A stretch of DNA of 64,000 nt, from contig CM035358.1 in assembly GCA_020137815.1 (NCBI GenBank), forward strand, positions 5,828,001 to 5,892,000. Direction: 5' to 3'. The notes beneath the pieces were generated by a model. The model was not told the DNA's origin and did no database searches. It was given only the letters and a program-made list of their open reading frames with translations. Positions 22,510 through 35,754 of the stretch are shown here, in pieces; the first letter of the stretch is position 1, and every line of letters begins with the position of its first letter. Both the position numbers and the translations under genes were made by a program. The DNA comes from Hormiphora californensis (Eukaryota; Animalia; Ctenophora).

Positions 22510-25500
22510 CACGGTGCCCTGAAGGACGTTCCACCTCGACGAGCCCCCCAAAAAACGAACGTTGTGGTGACCCCTAAGGGGACCTCTGGGAACTACGCAG
22601 GACCGTGGGGGAAAAATATCATAGTAGGTAAGGAGAAAATCGCATTTTCCCTCACACTGGCCAAATTCTACATTCCACACTTTCAAATCTTATTTTTTGG
22701 CCCAAATCAATCACCTAGGGTTTTTTGACACGCCGAATCGATTGCCGCTGGAATTGGAACTACAAATCCACGGCAACATTGTTAAAATGGCGTTTTTTGG
22801 TTTTTTTGGCTTTTTGCCCTGAACTGCATTTATATGACGAGTGAGACTTCTGACTATATTTTAAAGTGTTCTCGGTCGATTTTCTTCCGATTCAAATTTT
22901 TGTGAAAATCGGTTACCAAGTAGATAAACGTTAAAAATACAGCACTAATGAAAATGACTGTTTCAGATGAGAACAATGTACGCTCATACCTTTCCAAGTA
23001 GATCTCTTCCCAGGCAAGAAACAGTGCTACTGGTCGATCAAAACATGACTTCTACATTCCCTAGAGGATGGAGGGAGTGGAACATGGTGAGTACAAAATT
23101 AAAATTGATTGCCAAGTTACATTAATTGTTAGACAGGATTAAAGTACGCAACCGGGTATAATATAAAGAAAATAGTTTTATAAAATAATCATAAATCATC
23201 ACTGTCCTGTGATCAGTACTTAAATATACAAATGGGTCCCGCCGAGATAGTACTGTCCCGTGGCACAAGTGCAGGTTGTGATGAAACAGGGACATCGTTG
23301 CTGGTGTTCCTGTTTCATGTCCCTAGGTAAAGGAGTCTCACCAAACCCAGCGTTTAAAATTGTCACAAATAGGGCATATTGATCTCCAGACCCACCAAAG
23401 CTTCACATTCTGTGGCTCAGCTGGCCAAACAATAACATTCACATTGGGGTTCTTTAATTTGTCCAGGTACCCATTCGTCATCGGAGTTATATGATGAATC
23501 GTTTATCCAAGCCAATTAATCATTACTTGCACTATCAAAATCATTCATTCTCCTCCATACTCATCTCGTCTTGTCTACATAGGTGATGAACCCGAAATCG
23601 ACCCTATTTCATTTTGCATGGTTTTCTAAACAAGCTAGCTGAATTGGTTCAAACTGGTTAGGTAGGCAATCTAAATTACTGATATTGAGAGCAAAATCGG
23701 AACAAAATGGAGGGAAAGGGTGTTAAACGGTTGTACAGGTCAGAAAGATTTCTAGAAGGCAGAAACAACATTAACCACATGCGATATACACTGTGGCCCT
23801 ATATTGCATTCCTGGATTTTAATTAGGAATGCTGGACATTCTCTCTCTCTCTATCATTATATATGATTCTCTCTGCTTGGGGTCTATATGTCTCTCCCAT
23901 TCTCTTTCTCCATTATTATGTATCTTGCTCTTCCTCTCTCGCTATCTCTCATTCTTTTTCTCTCCCTCTCTCCCTCTCCTTTTCATCTTTCTCTCACTCT
24001 GTCGAACTAAGAGGAGAAGTACTGGAGGGAAGAAGAAAGGTAGTTTTTCAGTCGAACGAATTTTGAGTTTGACCTGGACAACATATAAGATACCCAAATA
24101 AATCCGTTGGTAGGGTTCCAACAATCCAAAAAAAACAGGGGGAAGGGAAGTTAACAAGCTACTCGAAAAATTACCCCAGCTATCAGTTGATATTCCATCC
24201 GAATTGGGGCTATATGTCGAATTTGACATCCTACAAGAATGTTATCCACACTGTTTTGGAATGACTCTTTATCCCGGTAAATACTAGAAAACTTTTTCAC
24301 TGACAATTCTAAACTGTCCTTATTCTAATGCACTCCTTACATTGCAAATTCATACTACAGCATAAATATGCCCCAAATGTTTCGGAATTGTACTACAGTC
24401 GGACCTCGATTAGTGGCATCCTTGCGGGAAAGGGTTTTGACCATAAATCGGGATGCACACAATTGGGGTGCCACTAAATCATGGTCCGAATGTAGCATCT
24501 ACCACCCTCTCTCCAATCAGGATACAGGTCGGCAATACAGGAGTTCAGGGATTGCCTCTCCACACTTAGGGCCTACTATGGAACATCCACCACCACCAAG
24601 TTCCACATCATTGAGGAACATTTGGAGAGTTATAGATTATAACTGGGTAGGCTCTAGGGATGTTCTCCGAGCAGGAGCTGGAGAACGCACATTCTAGTTG
24701 GAATGCACTGTGGTCCAACACAAAGTGAACAACATGACCTCGCCCCACTACAAACTGCAGCTGGGAAGAGCGGGGCTAGCTTATAACGCTTCTCGTATAG
24801 ACTCACAGCATACAAAACTATTTATGACTATACCATTACACTTTTAATTTTTTATACCCGGTTGCGTACATTTAATCCTGTCTAACAATTAATGTAACTT
24901 GGCAATCAATTTAATTTTTTACTCACCATGTTCCACCCCTCCTATCCTCTAGGGAATGTAGAAGTATGTTTTGATCGACCAGTAGCACTGTTTCTTGCCT
25001 GGGAAGAGATCTACTTGGAAAGGTATGAGCGTCACATTTTCTCATCTGAAACAGTCATTTTTATTAGTGCTGTATTTTTTAACAGTTTATCTACTTGGTA
25101 ACCGATTTTCACAAAAATTTGGAATCGGGAAGAAAATCGACCGAGGAACACTTTAAAAATATAGTCAGAAGTCCTACTCGTCATATAAATGCAGTTCAGG
25201 GCAAAAAAAGCGAAAAAAAACCCCAAAAACGCCATTTTAACAATGTTGCCGTGGATTTAGAGTTCCAATTCCAGCGGCAATCGATTCGGCGTGTCAAAAA
25301 ACCCTAGGGTGACTTGATTTTGGCGAAAAAATAAGATTTGAAGTGTGGAAGTAGAATTTGGCCAGTGTGAGGGAAAATGCGATTTTCTCCTTAGGCTACT
25401 ATGATTATTTTCCCCCACGGTCGCTGCGTAGTTCCCAGAGGTCCCCTTTAGGTCACACAACCGTTCGTTTTTTTGGGGGGCTCGGTCGAGGTGGAACGTC

Positions 25501-25516
25501 CTTCAGGGGCACCGTG
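22510..25516. mobile_element. 3.0-kb non-autonomous DNA transposon with ~650-bp TIRs (Chapaev/CMC-like)
   Basis: CACGGTG...CACCGTG termini and 4-bp TSD TACA. Removing it rejoins the L2 ORF2 (KACWY | ..AKRKRRKAER). Confidence 0.85.
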
Positions 25517-28500
25517 TACAGGCTGACGTGTCAAGTAGCCAAGCGAAAGAGAAGGAAAGCAGAAAGGATGCTTATGGTTGTGAAGAAACGGTCCGGTGAT
25601 ATTTTGACAGCTCTTTATGAACTGAAAAAAGCGAACGCAGAAGCCACTGCTACTATCAAGACTGCAAGGCGTGATTTCTACCACAAGAAGATTAGTGAAT
25701 CCAAGAACAATGCTGCACGCCTTTTTCGTCTTACGAACTTATTCTGGGGAGGACTAAGAATCCAACAGAGAAACCTAGGGGTTGGAAGATGCAGAGCTGG
25801 CTGAGGCTTTGCGACTACTTTAAAAAGAAGGTGGACGACATCTATGAGAAGATTGAGATAGAGGTGAACGGTTGTCCTGTCCTGAATCCCTGATCCTGTA
25901 CTAAAGTGCAATTTGAAGAGTTCCAGAATCTAACAGACGAGGAACTTATCAAACTATCCGTTCTATGGCGCATAAGCATTGTGACTTGGATCCGATCCAA
26001 CTCGATGATATCGAACCTCCTACCTGAGCTGATAGAGATGGTGTCCCACATTGTCAATACCAGTCTCACCAGTGGAGGTTTTTCCGCTAATCTTAAAGTC
26101 GTCAAGTCAGACCGTCTTTTAAGCTAAAGCAAGGTGATAAAGAAGATCTGAAAAACTATCGACCGGTATCTAATTTAGTTTCATCTCAAAAGTGATAGAA
26201 AAGGTGTTTCCTTCAGCGACAGGGTACCTGGAGACAAACAACCTTCTAGGTAGATTCCAATCAGCATATAGGAGGGTCATAGTGTTGAGACCACAAATGT
26301 AAGATACTTGATGACTTGCTACTCCTCACAGATGATAACTCGAAGGCAGTGCTTGTTGTTGACTTAAGCGCTGCGTTTGATACTATTGACCACGAAAGGC
26401 TACTCAGGAAACTTCGTAACACCTATGGGATTGGTGGTAAAGCACTGGAGTGGTTCAGATCGTACCTCACAGGAAGATCATCGTCTGTGAAGATAGGTAG
26501 TGCATCCTCAACGCCCCGAGAAGTAACTATTGGGTTACCACAGGGTAGTATTCTGGTCCATTCTGTTCATAATGTACACCAAGGAGTTGGAGCAGATTGT
26601 CCAGTTGCATGGTATGAAGCTACATCTGTATGCTGATGACAGTCAGTTTACTGCTCTTTCAAGAATGCTGAGCTTGTGCAACCGAGGAAAAAATTAACAG
26701 ATGCCTACTTGATATACAAAAATGGATGGCTAAAAACCGCCTTATGCTAAACTCAGGAAAAACAGAAGTGTGTGTAGTAAGATCCGCATAGATCGTGAAC
26801 CAAGCCAACCAAACTCACTGTCTTTGGAACACGACTGACACAGTTGTGTCGGCGAGAAATCTTGGGGTGGTCTTTGATGAAAAACTTAGCATGGAGAAAC
26901 ACGATTCACGTCGTCCGTGGATGCAGGGCTAACTTACCAACCTTTGGAGGATAGGAGATATGCTGAACTGGCAATCTAAGATAAGGATGGTAAATGTGTT
27001 CAATGTTCATACATTCCAAGCTTGACTTCTGTAATTCGCTTCTTAATGGAATTTCGGCAAAGCAACTCAATAGACTACAGAAGATCCAAAATTCAGCTAC
27101 AAGGTACATATTCGAGTGGAAGAAGCGAAGAGGAGTTACGGCTCTCAGGCGATGGCTACATTTTCTGCCAGTTGAAGCTAGGATTCACTTTTAGGTCTGT
27201 CTGTTGATGCACCAAGTTGTTCATGGTTATGCACCTGACTATTTGAACCATGAGATCCAAAAAACGTCGACCAAAATCTGTCAATCTTCGTGCAAATAAC
27301 GACAAAACCTTGCTAGAGGAGAAGATTCATGGTGACCTAAAGCTGCGACATAAAATCACTGAAGAGGAATTTCCATTGGGGTCCAGTTATTTTGGAACAA
27401 TCTGCCAAGAAAAATCCGGCAACTGGAAACTGTTAATCTCTTCAAAAAGCAACTGAAGACCTATCTCTTTGTGAAGACCTATGGAGGCTCATACTCCGTG
27501 ATCTAATATGTTTCAATCACAATCAGCTCTGGGACCACCGCCTCAAGACACCCGTGGGTCCCTCTTTTCTGCAGTCTATGCCTCAGCTTCTAGTTCTCTC
27601 CTAATGGACCCCCCTCCCCCCCCTTGGTGCCCCCTTTCTACACTCCATTCTGTGCACCCCCTTCTATATCCTCCCTTGACCGTGGGCACCTTCTCTTTGG
27701 CAACTCCTTTTCAGCACCTCTCCCTGGAGCTCTTCTTGGGTACCCCCTTTTGACCATAAGTACCACCACCTTAGGCTTCCCTCCGCATCCTTGAACTTGC
27801 ACTTATCCTTCCTCCTGGAACCTGCTTCTGTACCCTCCCTTCTGGGTACCTGCTTCTTACACCCCCGCCCTCTTGGTACCTACTTCTGCACTCTCTCCCC
27901 CTCGAACCTGCTTCTCCTTATACATCTCCCTTCCTGGGTACCTGCGTCTGCACTTCCTTCTGGGCACCTACTTCTGCACCCTGCCTCTTGGTACCTGTTC
28001 CTGCACCTCCCTCCTGGTCCTGCTTCCACCATCTCCAGTCTCCCTCCTATGTCCTCCCTCTACACCCTTCCCTCCTGGAACCTGCTTTGCACCCTCCCTT
28101 CTGGGTACCACCGTTTCTAACACCTCTCCCTCCTGGTACCTGTCTGCACCTCCCTTCTGCATCCCATCCGGATTCATGTCTCCACATCCTTCCACTTTAT
28201 CATACCGGATCTTCCTCCCTGGACAGCTACAAAAACATTACTACCTTTGGTACGTATTTGTTGTGAAATCGGCATTTTCTCACCACCCACCTCCCTGCAG
28301 GGAGTGGTACTGGTTAGGGAGTGCGAACGAGAGACCGATATTTGCGAATGAAACACTAGTAATCCGTGCCGACGATGCACAGGCGCTTAGTAAGGGCCCT
28401 TACCGATACCAATACAAGCGTTTCGGACTTTTGTTGATCGGGGGCTAATTATTAACAATTTAATTTATTCTTTTTAGTGTTTTTAATAAGTTGTGTTTTG

Positions 28501-28821
28501 AAATTGCTCCGGTTGTTGCGAGCAAAATTGCGTTAAGTTCATAAAGACATTGTAATCCACTTGAGAAAGTGATACTTTAGAGAGTGCGTTGGCACCATTT
28601 TTCTGGGTATATATTCACTATTGAGTGGGATATTAAGTGCATAATTTACATTTACATTTACAATTCCACCGCTTTTAAATTTTTTGATGAATTGGGACAA
28701 CTGTGACCGAATTCACCAAAATTTTTAAAAACGGTGAAATTGACCCGGTATTGATAAAGGACACCTTGAGAGATGTACCGGAGGAGGCGTTCGTGAGCAA
28801 GATCCAGTTCCGGAGAACAAT

Positions 28822-28901
28822 CTGGCAGTGGCAGTGGCAGTTCGGCGAAAAACCATGTTCTCAGAACATGGTTTTTCGCCGAACTGCCACTGCCACTGCC
28901 A
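28822..28901. repeat. Near-perfect 80-bp palindrome
   Basis: tggcagtggcagtggcagttcggcgaaaaaccatgttct-c-agaacatggtttttcgccgaactgccactgccactgcca. Confidence 0.9.
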
Positions 28902-29050
28902 GGGATTTTGCATAATTGATCAAGATCATGTTGAGAGTGAGTCCATCTTCTGACTTCTCGGTTGAGGCGAGCTTCACCTGCTGGACCGATCGAGATGATT
29001 CAAAATTTTCGCAAAAACCAGTTGAGAAATGGACTTGAGCTTTTTATTTG

Positions 29051-30599
29051 ATGGTAATGTATTAATTGCACTGAACTGCTGTAGACATCACCCACTCACT
29101 TCATACACACAACACACCACACACCATGACCAAGCTGTACGAAAGGTTATTGATCACCGGCTGTTTTACAGCACGAGAGAGCCGTCACTAGTATCGTGCA
29201 GTGACGAGGATCATGATAACAATTAATATGACGTGATCAACTGCTATAGCCCAACTGTTCATTCTGAGAATTCTGATACAAAGATATTATTTGCCGTACT
29301 GTTATATGAGGTAACTCAACCCCCAGTTTCATCTCCTTGTTAACATGGGAGTTACCAAGGGAATCCACTGAGTTCGATTAATCTAGGCACATACCCACAG
29401 TACTATTGAATTGGCGTATCTTTATATCAGGAATCTCGGATAGCAACAATCCTTGGTTTTATTGCTATCTGAACAGATTAGGCTATAGACAGGGCTCTAT
29501 TATCAGCAGTACTCACGTTCAATGGTAAGTAGTAATTGCACTGAACTGCTGTAGACATCACCCACTCACTTCATACACACACAACACCCACACACATGAC
29601 CAAGCCTGTACGACAGGTTATTGATCACCGGCTGTATTACAGCACGAGAAGAGCCGTCACTAGTATCGTGCAGTGATCCGAGGATCATGATAACAATTAA
29701 TATGACGTGATCAACTGCTATAGCCCAACTGTTCATTCTGAGAATTCTGATACAAAGATATATTTGCCAGTACTGTTATATGAGGTAACTCCAACCCCCC
29801 AGTTTCATCTCCTTGTTTAACATGGGAGTTACCAAGGGAATCCACTGAGTTCGATTAATCTAGGCACATACCCACAGTACTATTCGAATTGGCGTATCCG
29901 AGATTCCTGATATAAAGATACGCCAATTCGAATAGTACTGTGGGTATGTGCCTAGATTAATCGAACTCAGTGGATTCCCTTGGTAACTCCCATGTTAAAC
30001 AAGGAAGTGAAACTGGGGGGTTGGAGTTACCTCATATAACAGTACGGCAAATAATATCTTTGTATCAGAATTCTCAGAATGAACAGTTGGGCATAGCAGT
30101 TGATCACGTCATATTAATTGTTATTCGATCCTCGGATCACTGCACGATACTAGTGACGGCTCTTCGTGCTGTAATACAGCCGGTGATCAATAACCTGTCG
30201 TACAGGCTTGGTCAGTGTGTGGGGTGTTGTGTGTGTATGAAGTGAGTGGGTGATGTCTACAGCAAGTTCAGTGCAATTAATACATTACCATTGATACGTG
30301 AGTACTTCTGATAATAGAGCCCTGTCTATACGCCTAATCTGTTCAGATAGCAATAAAACACAAGGATTGTTGCTATCCGAGATTCCTGATATAAAGATAC
30401 GCCAATTCGAATAGTACTGTGGGTATGTGCCTAGATTAATCGAACTCAGTGGATTCCCTTGGTAACTCCCATGTTAAACAAGGAGATGAAACTGGGGGGT
30501 TGGAGTTACCTCATATAACAGTACGGCAAATAATATCTTTGTATCAGAATTCTCAGAATGAACAGTTGGGCTATAGCAGTTGATCACGTCATATTAATT
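29051..30599. repeat. ~475-bp tandem unit arranged as a head-to-head foldback array
   Basis: Two forward copies (from 29051 and 29522), an inversion at ~29898, then ~1.5 reverse copies. Confidence 0.9.
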
Positions 30600-31489
30600 C
30601 TTTTTATTTGAGCTATTTAATTTTACTTCTTCGATAGCTGAGCTGCGCTACGCGAATAAATTTGGATTGCGCTGACGCGGCACGAGCCGCGCAATTTTGA
30701 AACTGAGCTGAACTCGCGCGTGGTCGCCACTCAGTCGTGTCGAAACTTTTGGCCAGCGTTAAAGTCGGATTTTTTGTTGGAATGCGCTGCAGCCCCCTCA
30801 TGCGCGCACCCCCGCAACGAGGGGACTGAAGGGAATGCCGCGCGCGCGTTTGGCCTGAGCTCAGGACGGGCCCGGCTGGGTCGAAGATAACTTTGCGAGC
30901 GAAAAAACGGCGGTGCTTATAACTTTGGCCCCTGAAGTCCGTTTGACTTGATTCTTTCACTAGCTGTTAGATCTGGACCAATTATTACCTTGTGCTGGTT
31001 TTTGAGAGAAGATTTTACTGTGCGGGTTTAAAATCAAAATTTTAATTTTAATTTTAACTTTGGGTGTGGTGACCCTAGGACTTCAGGAGGTCGAGCAAAC
31101 CGTTCAAAGATTGGTTGTTTCAAAAAGTGACGTCACAGATCCTGCAGGGACACTTTGTTTCAAAAAATTTGTTTAAAATCTCGAATTTTTTATTTTACCG
31201 CACTGATTTTGCGTGGTTGTGGTTCATACTCCTGTTCCTGATATGATAGAGACCTGAAACCGGTTGCATTTGAAAGCTGTTATCTTCCTCTTTCCAACGC
31301 TCCAAAACGATTTCTGTACCTTATCTGAAACCGGAGATATGATATGATATATGTATTCCCCCCAGCGCGGTATTCCCTCCAGGCCCTTATATTATATTAA
31401 GGGGCCTGCAACGTATGCCAAGATTTTTTTTTGAAAGCGCTGCCTATCCCGCGCTGGGTGCGCGGCGCGAACAGGGGGCACAACGTTTG

Positions 31490-31705
31490 CCAAGATTTTT
31501 TGAAACTGTCACCCCCCTAGAGTTTTCAAATTTTTTTTAAATGACCATAAGTCCGGTTCCTGATGAGATAGAGACTTGAAATTTGGAAGTTACGAAGATC
31601 TGGCTAAGTTCTTCCGAACCTCCAAATTTCAAGTCTCTATCTTATCAGGAACCGGAGATATGACAAATTTTTTATTTTAGGGGGGTGACAGTTTCAAAAA
31701 ATCCG
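31490..31705. repeat. Palindromic element containing the hairpin module also seen around the CR1 insertion
   Basis: gatttttttgaaactgtcacccccct ... agggggtgacagtttcaaaaaatc with an inner ccggttcctgat...atcaggaaccgg hairpin. Confidence 0.6.
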
Positions 31706-31707
31706 AG

Positions 31708-32539
31708 TATAAAATCTGGGCGTTTCGTGAGTGCTGACATAAATGTAAATGTAAATTATGCACTTAATATCCCACTCAATAGTGAATATATACAAACAAA
31801 CGGTTTTTTAGGGTTAGGGCAATAGTGGGTGGGGTAGGGAGGGGCTGGGGTTTCGGTGGGGTAGGTTGACATTTAAGATAAAACTTTGAATTAGCCAAAA
31901 GTTGGTTGGTTTGGCGGTTAGAGTCATTTTAGTGAATCAACTTTTTTGGCAGCGCGCACCTGTAAACAGGCCACCAAACACCCAGATCGTAACGGCGCCC
32001 CCAAAAAACGGCCATCTTGAAAGTTAAAACAATAAATTATAATAAATTACCCACACACCGTCATACTCTCATACTCCCTCTCTCTGCTCACTTGTCTCGA
32101 AAGTCTACATCTTCCACACTGACTGGGACAACCCTTCTCTTGGTTCCCCGAAGCGCAACAAGAGTTGATCTTAACAAACTGAATCGTGTCTTTTCTCGGA
32201 TGAAGGACATGGTTTCAGCGTAACTCTCCTTGTGCCTGTCACAGATCTTCCATCTTGAAAAGTTTCGGGCGCCGTTACGATCTGGGTGTTTGGAGGCCTG
32301 TTTACAGGTGCGCGCTGCCAAAAAGTTGATTCACTAAAATGGCTCTAACCGCCAAACCACTCAACCGTTTTGGCTGATTCAAAGTTTATCTGGTAGGGAA
32401 TGTCAAGGCCTAACCCCAACCCAAACCCCAACCCAAACCCCAACCCAAACCCCAACCCTAACGGCTAACCCTAACCCTACCTTAGCCCTAACCCTAAAAA
32501 ACCGTTTGTCAGCACTCCCAAAACACCCAGATTTTAACG
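31708..32539. mobile_element. Two inverted copies of the GGGTTAG-rich non-autonomous element
   Basis: 31708-31999 and 32267-32539 are approximate reverse complements. Confidence 0.65.
31740..31792 (-). mobile_element. 5'-truncated 3' tail of the L2-type LINE
   Basis: Reverse complement of ~28608-28660 including the (TTTACA)n tail; it is absent from the sister copy of the host repeat at ~32500. Confidence 0.75.
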
Positions 32540-32851
32540 CTGGCCCCTTCCCTTGGGCCTTGAGTCTTGACCCTTTTCCGTAAGAAGTCTCGGCTTCCTC
32601 TCTATTTCCTTCCTCTCAATTTCTAGTTCCTAGGTCAAACCCAAAATAAACTAGCGCTCAAAGTGATTTCGCCGGCACTGGTGCCTGGTGAAAAAGTTAA
32701 TAAGCGGCCGTGGTTGGCGGTTTGCTCGTACCGCGTGGTCGCACAAGAGAGAGGAAAAAGAAATAAACTCGGTTGTTTGCTGAATGTCAATTTTACAATC
32801 TTGTCCAAGATTATCTTGATTTCCCTTTTAATCCACTCTTTCTCCAAAGCC

Positions 32852-33718
32852 ATGAGTACAAGTCCAGTTCCGTCCACTGTGGAGCGAGAAAAGCTCTACC
32901 AATGGGTCCAGAACCTTCTCAGTCCCGAACACCGTGAAGAGGCACTTGTGGAACTGAGTAAGAAACGGGAACAGGTGCCCGATCTAGCACCCCTCCTGTG
33001 GCACTCATTCGGAACGATATCAGCTCTTCTTCAAGAAATTATCGCCATCTACCCCCTGATTACCCCTCCCCAGCTTACTGCAACTCAGAGCAACAGTGTC
33101 TGCAATGCCCTGGCATTGCTTCAGTGCGTTGCCTCCCATCCCGACACTCGATCATACTTCCTCCAAGCAAACATACCCCTGTTTCTCTATCCCTTCCTCC
33201 ACACGACCTCCAAACAGCGACAGTTTGAGTACCTCCGTCTCACAAGTTTAGGGGTCGTGGGAGCGTTGGTGAAACCCGATGACAAGGAAGTTATTCAGTT
33301 CCTATTAAACACAGAAATAATCCCACTGTTGCTGAGAATCATGGAACATGGCAGTGAGTTGAGTAAAACTGTTGCCACCTTTATCCTACAGAAGATTCTA
33401 CTAGACGACCACGGGCTATCTTACATCTGCTACACATTCGAGAGGTTTAAGAGTGTTACAAGTGTGCTTCAATCCATGGTGGACTGTCTCCAGAGAGAGC
33501 CCTCTGGAAGGCTCCTCAAGCACGTCGTGAGATGCTACCTCAGACTATCAGAAAACCCGAGGGCCAAGGAGGCCCTGAATAGGAATCTGATGCCAAGTCA
33601 GCTGAAGGATGGTACCATTATTCAGATGGTCAAGGCGGATGATAACTCCACCCGGAGGTGGATCCAGATGCTCCAGAGAAACCTCTCTAATGCTCCAAAA
33701 ACAGCGTCTCAGTTTTGA
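32852..33718 (+). CDS. CNOT9: CCR4-NOT subunit 9 (RQCD1/Caf40), intronless
   Basis: [87 protein letters not shown]. Confidence 0.97.
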   Translation: MSTSPVPSTVEREKLYQWVQNLLSPEHREEALVELSKKREQVPDLAPLLWHSFGTISALLQEIIAIYPLITPPQLTATQSNSVCNALALLQCVASHPDTRSYFLQANIPLFLYPFLHTTSKQRQFEYLRLTSLGVVGALVKPDDKEVIQFLLNTEIIPLLLRIMEHGSELSKTVATFILQKILLDDHGLSYICYTFERFKSVTSVLQSMVDCLQREPSGRLLKHVVRCYLRLSENPRAKEALNRNLMPSQLKDGTIIQMVKADDNSTRRWIQMLQRNLSNAPKTASQF

Positions 33719-34016
33719 GATGTATAGACCAGACTTGAGCCTCTCTCAGTTCGATTAAAAGTTGAACCAATAACAATGCCCACTGGATGTATTGAACACA
33801 TGTTTGTTTGTTTGTTTGTTTGTTTGAGATGCGCTTTATATTGGAAAATAACACGCTGTTTTATCAATATATCAACTATATTTCCCATGTTTTTTACTGT
33901 ACCAAAATATTTATGCAGTAGTTTTATTAATTCTCTCTCGCTCACTTTCACTCTCCCAATCTTCCCTCTCACTCTAGCTCTCCCTCAATCTCCATGAATC
34001 TCCCTTCTCTCAGACC

Positions 34017-35308
34017 ATGTTCAAGAGGAAGTTATCTCGGAAACCCAACTATGTGTTTGACGAAGAAGAGGAAGATGATTTTGTAGGTGCGGCAAAACCC
34101 AAACGGACCAAATCAACACACAAGGTAGGGAATGTGTTTAGTTACTAGGAGAGTAAATAGAATAAAATAGACCATTCACCTTACTGATACTGGCATACTA
34201 TTTTAGAAGGTTCAAAATCACAGTTTCATTTTTTATCCCAATAATATCCCTCCGCCCTTTTTAGATCAAGAGTTCATCTGAGGACGGGTCGTCTAGTTCC
34301 GAACCTCGACGTAAAAAGGACGCCAACAAAGAGAATAGCCCACTAACAATCAGCAAGTCAGCTAAAAAGAAGGTTCAGAATCAGTTGGGTACTATTAATA
34401 GTAGTGGGGAGGAAGTGGTAATTCCAGTAAGAAGGAAGAAGGTGGCTCAAATTATCATTGACTCTGATTCTGATTTTGATGCTGGGGGTAGTCAGAAAAG
34501 TAATGATGATAAAAAGATAGGTGTAACGAGTGAAACGAGAACAGAAAAAGATAGATCAGAGATAGATTCAGTTTCGCAGAATTCATCTACAAATCTTGCT
34601 CTTTGTTCCTCTTCTCCCTCAAAACAATCAGCTTCCTCAAAACCGACCTCTGATTCTACAGCTCCAGTTGCAATACAATCTGCTGATGACACCATGAAAT
34701 TTGATCCACCAACATCTGCCAAGTTACATAGTGATACTGCAGAGGCCGCGAGTGAGATAAAACCTGCCAAATCTGTTTCAAAACAAACTCAATCAAGTAA
34801 GTCAGTGAAGTCAATTAAAAAGGAGTCAGTGAAGAAATCCACAACAAAGAGTTCTCCGTTCAAGTTGAAGACAATGGAGAAAAGTTGCTCAAAACCAGCT
34901 GAGAAAGCTGTTCCTTCTAAAAGTACCGCTCCTTCCGTGAAACAAACTCCTGTTAACCCCACACCAGCTGGAGCATCCCGGACCCCAGCGACATCCCATG
35001 CTCCTAAAACCCCAGCGACATCCTATGCTCCTAAAACCTCAGCGACATCCCAGGCTCCTAAAACCCCGGCAACATCCCAGGCTCCTAAAACCCCGGCGAC
35101 TGGAACTCCAAGATCTCGATCATCTTACAAATCCCCTGTGACAGTATCAGGAAAGCCAGGTACCCGTGATGGGGGTATAGGAACACCAAACTACGCCTCA
35201 GTGACAGGAAAACCTGTCCTATCGCCGGGACAGCAGTCAACACCCATCAAAATAGGGCTGTCCAAGAACGCTAAATTCCGGACATTGCATAACGTTGTCA
35301 AGCGTTAG
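34017..35308 (+). CDS. RAD51AP1-like disordered protein; join(34017..34124,34265..35308)
   Basis: N-terminus RKPNYVFDEEEEDDFV and C-terminus IKIGLSKNAKFRTLH resemble the RAD51AP1 KPVNYSQF..DDDFV and LRLGLSRLARVKPLH motifs. S/K/P/T-rich middle with 27-bp repeats. Confidence 0.6.
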
Positions 35309-35555
35309 ATGTGACCCTAGCTCGTCCCTCTTTTCGCGAGCTCCGGGTTAGAACATAACAAGCGTCAAGTCATGTTTTATGTGAGTGATAAAGCATATTA
35401 TTATTCTTTTTTTGTAACATTTGTACAGTTAATTAAGCCTTATTTACTGAATTGTGTGATGTTCATTATCACAGCAGTCAACACATTGATTAGATTGATG
35501 AGATATGTACACTCTTCGTCACTAATTTGTGAAACGGTACATGTATAAATGTACC

Positions 35556-35688
<133 letters not shown>

Positions 35689-35754
35689 ATACACTATCGT
35701 TATTAGGATGTAAACTGAGAGAAAGAGAGATACACCTATCGGTTGATACACATC

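Larger units (their letters stand above)
20072..28662 (+). mobile_element. Full-length but frameshifted L2-group LINE, interrupted by a DNA transposon
   Basis: PHD-like and Cys-knuckle ORF1 remnants (20180-21600); APE remnants; RT motifs NYRPVSNL, VDLSAAFDTIDH, GLPQGSIL, LYADD, SKLDFCNSLL, LHFLPVEARI, KKQLKTYLF; C-rich 3'UTR; (TTTACA)3 tail; imperfect TSD CAATTTCA/CAATTCCA. Confidence 0.85.

Noticed and set aside
27508-28448. Pro/Leu/Ser-rich ORFs
   Set aside because: Low-complexity C/T-rich 3'UTR of the L2 element.
32410-32496. Telomere
   Set aside because: Degenerate CCCTAA/CCCAA repeats are internal to a dispersed element present in three copies.
32663-32851. N-terminal extension of CNOT9 in the ORF track
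   Set aside because: It starts at GTG with no homology; the real ATG at 32852 follows an acceptor-like site.
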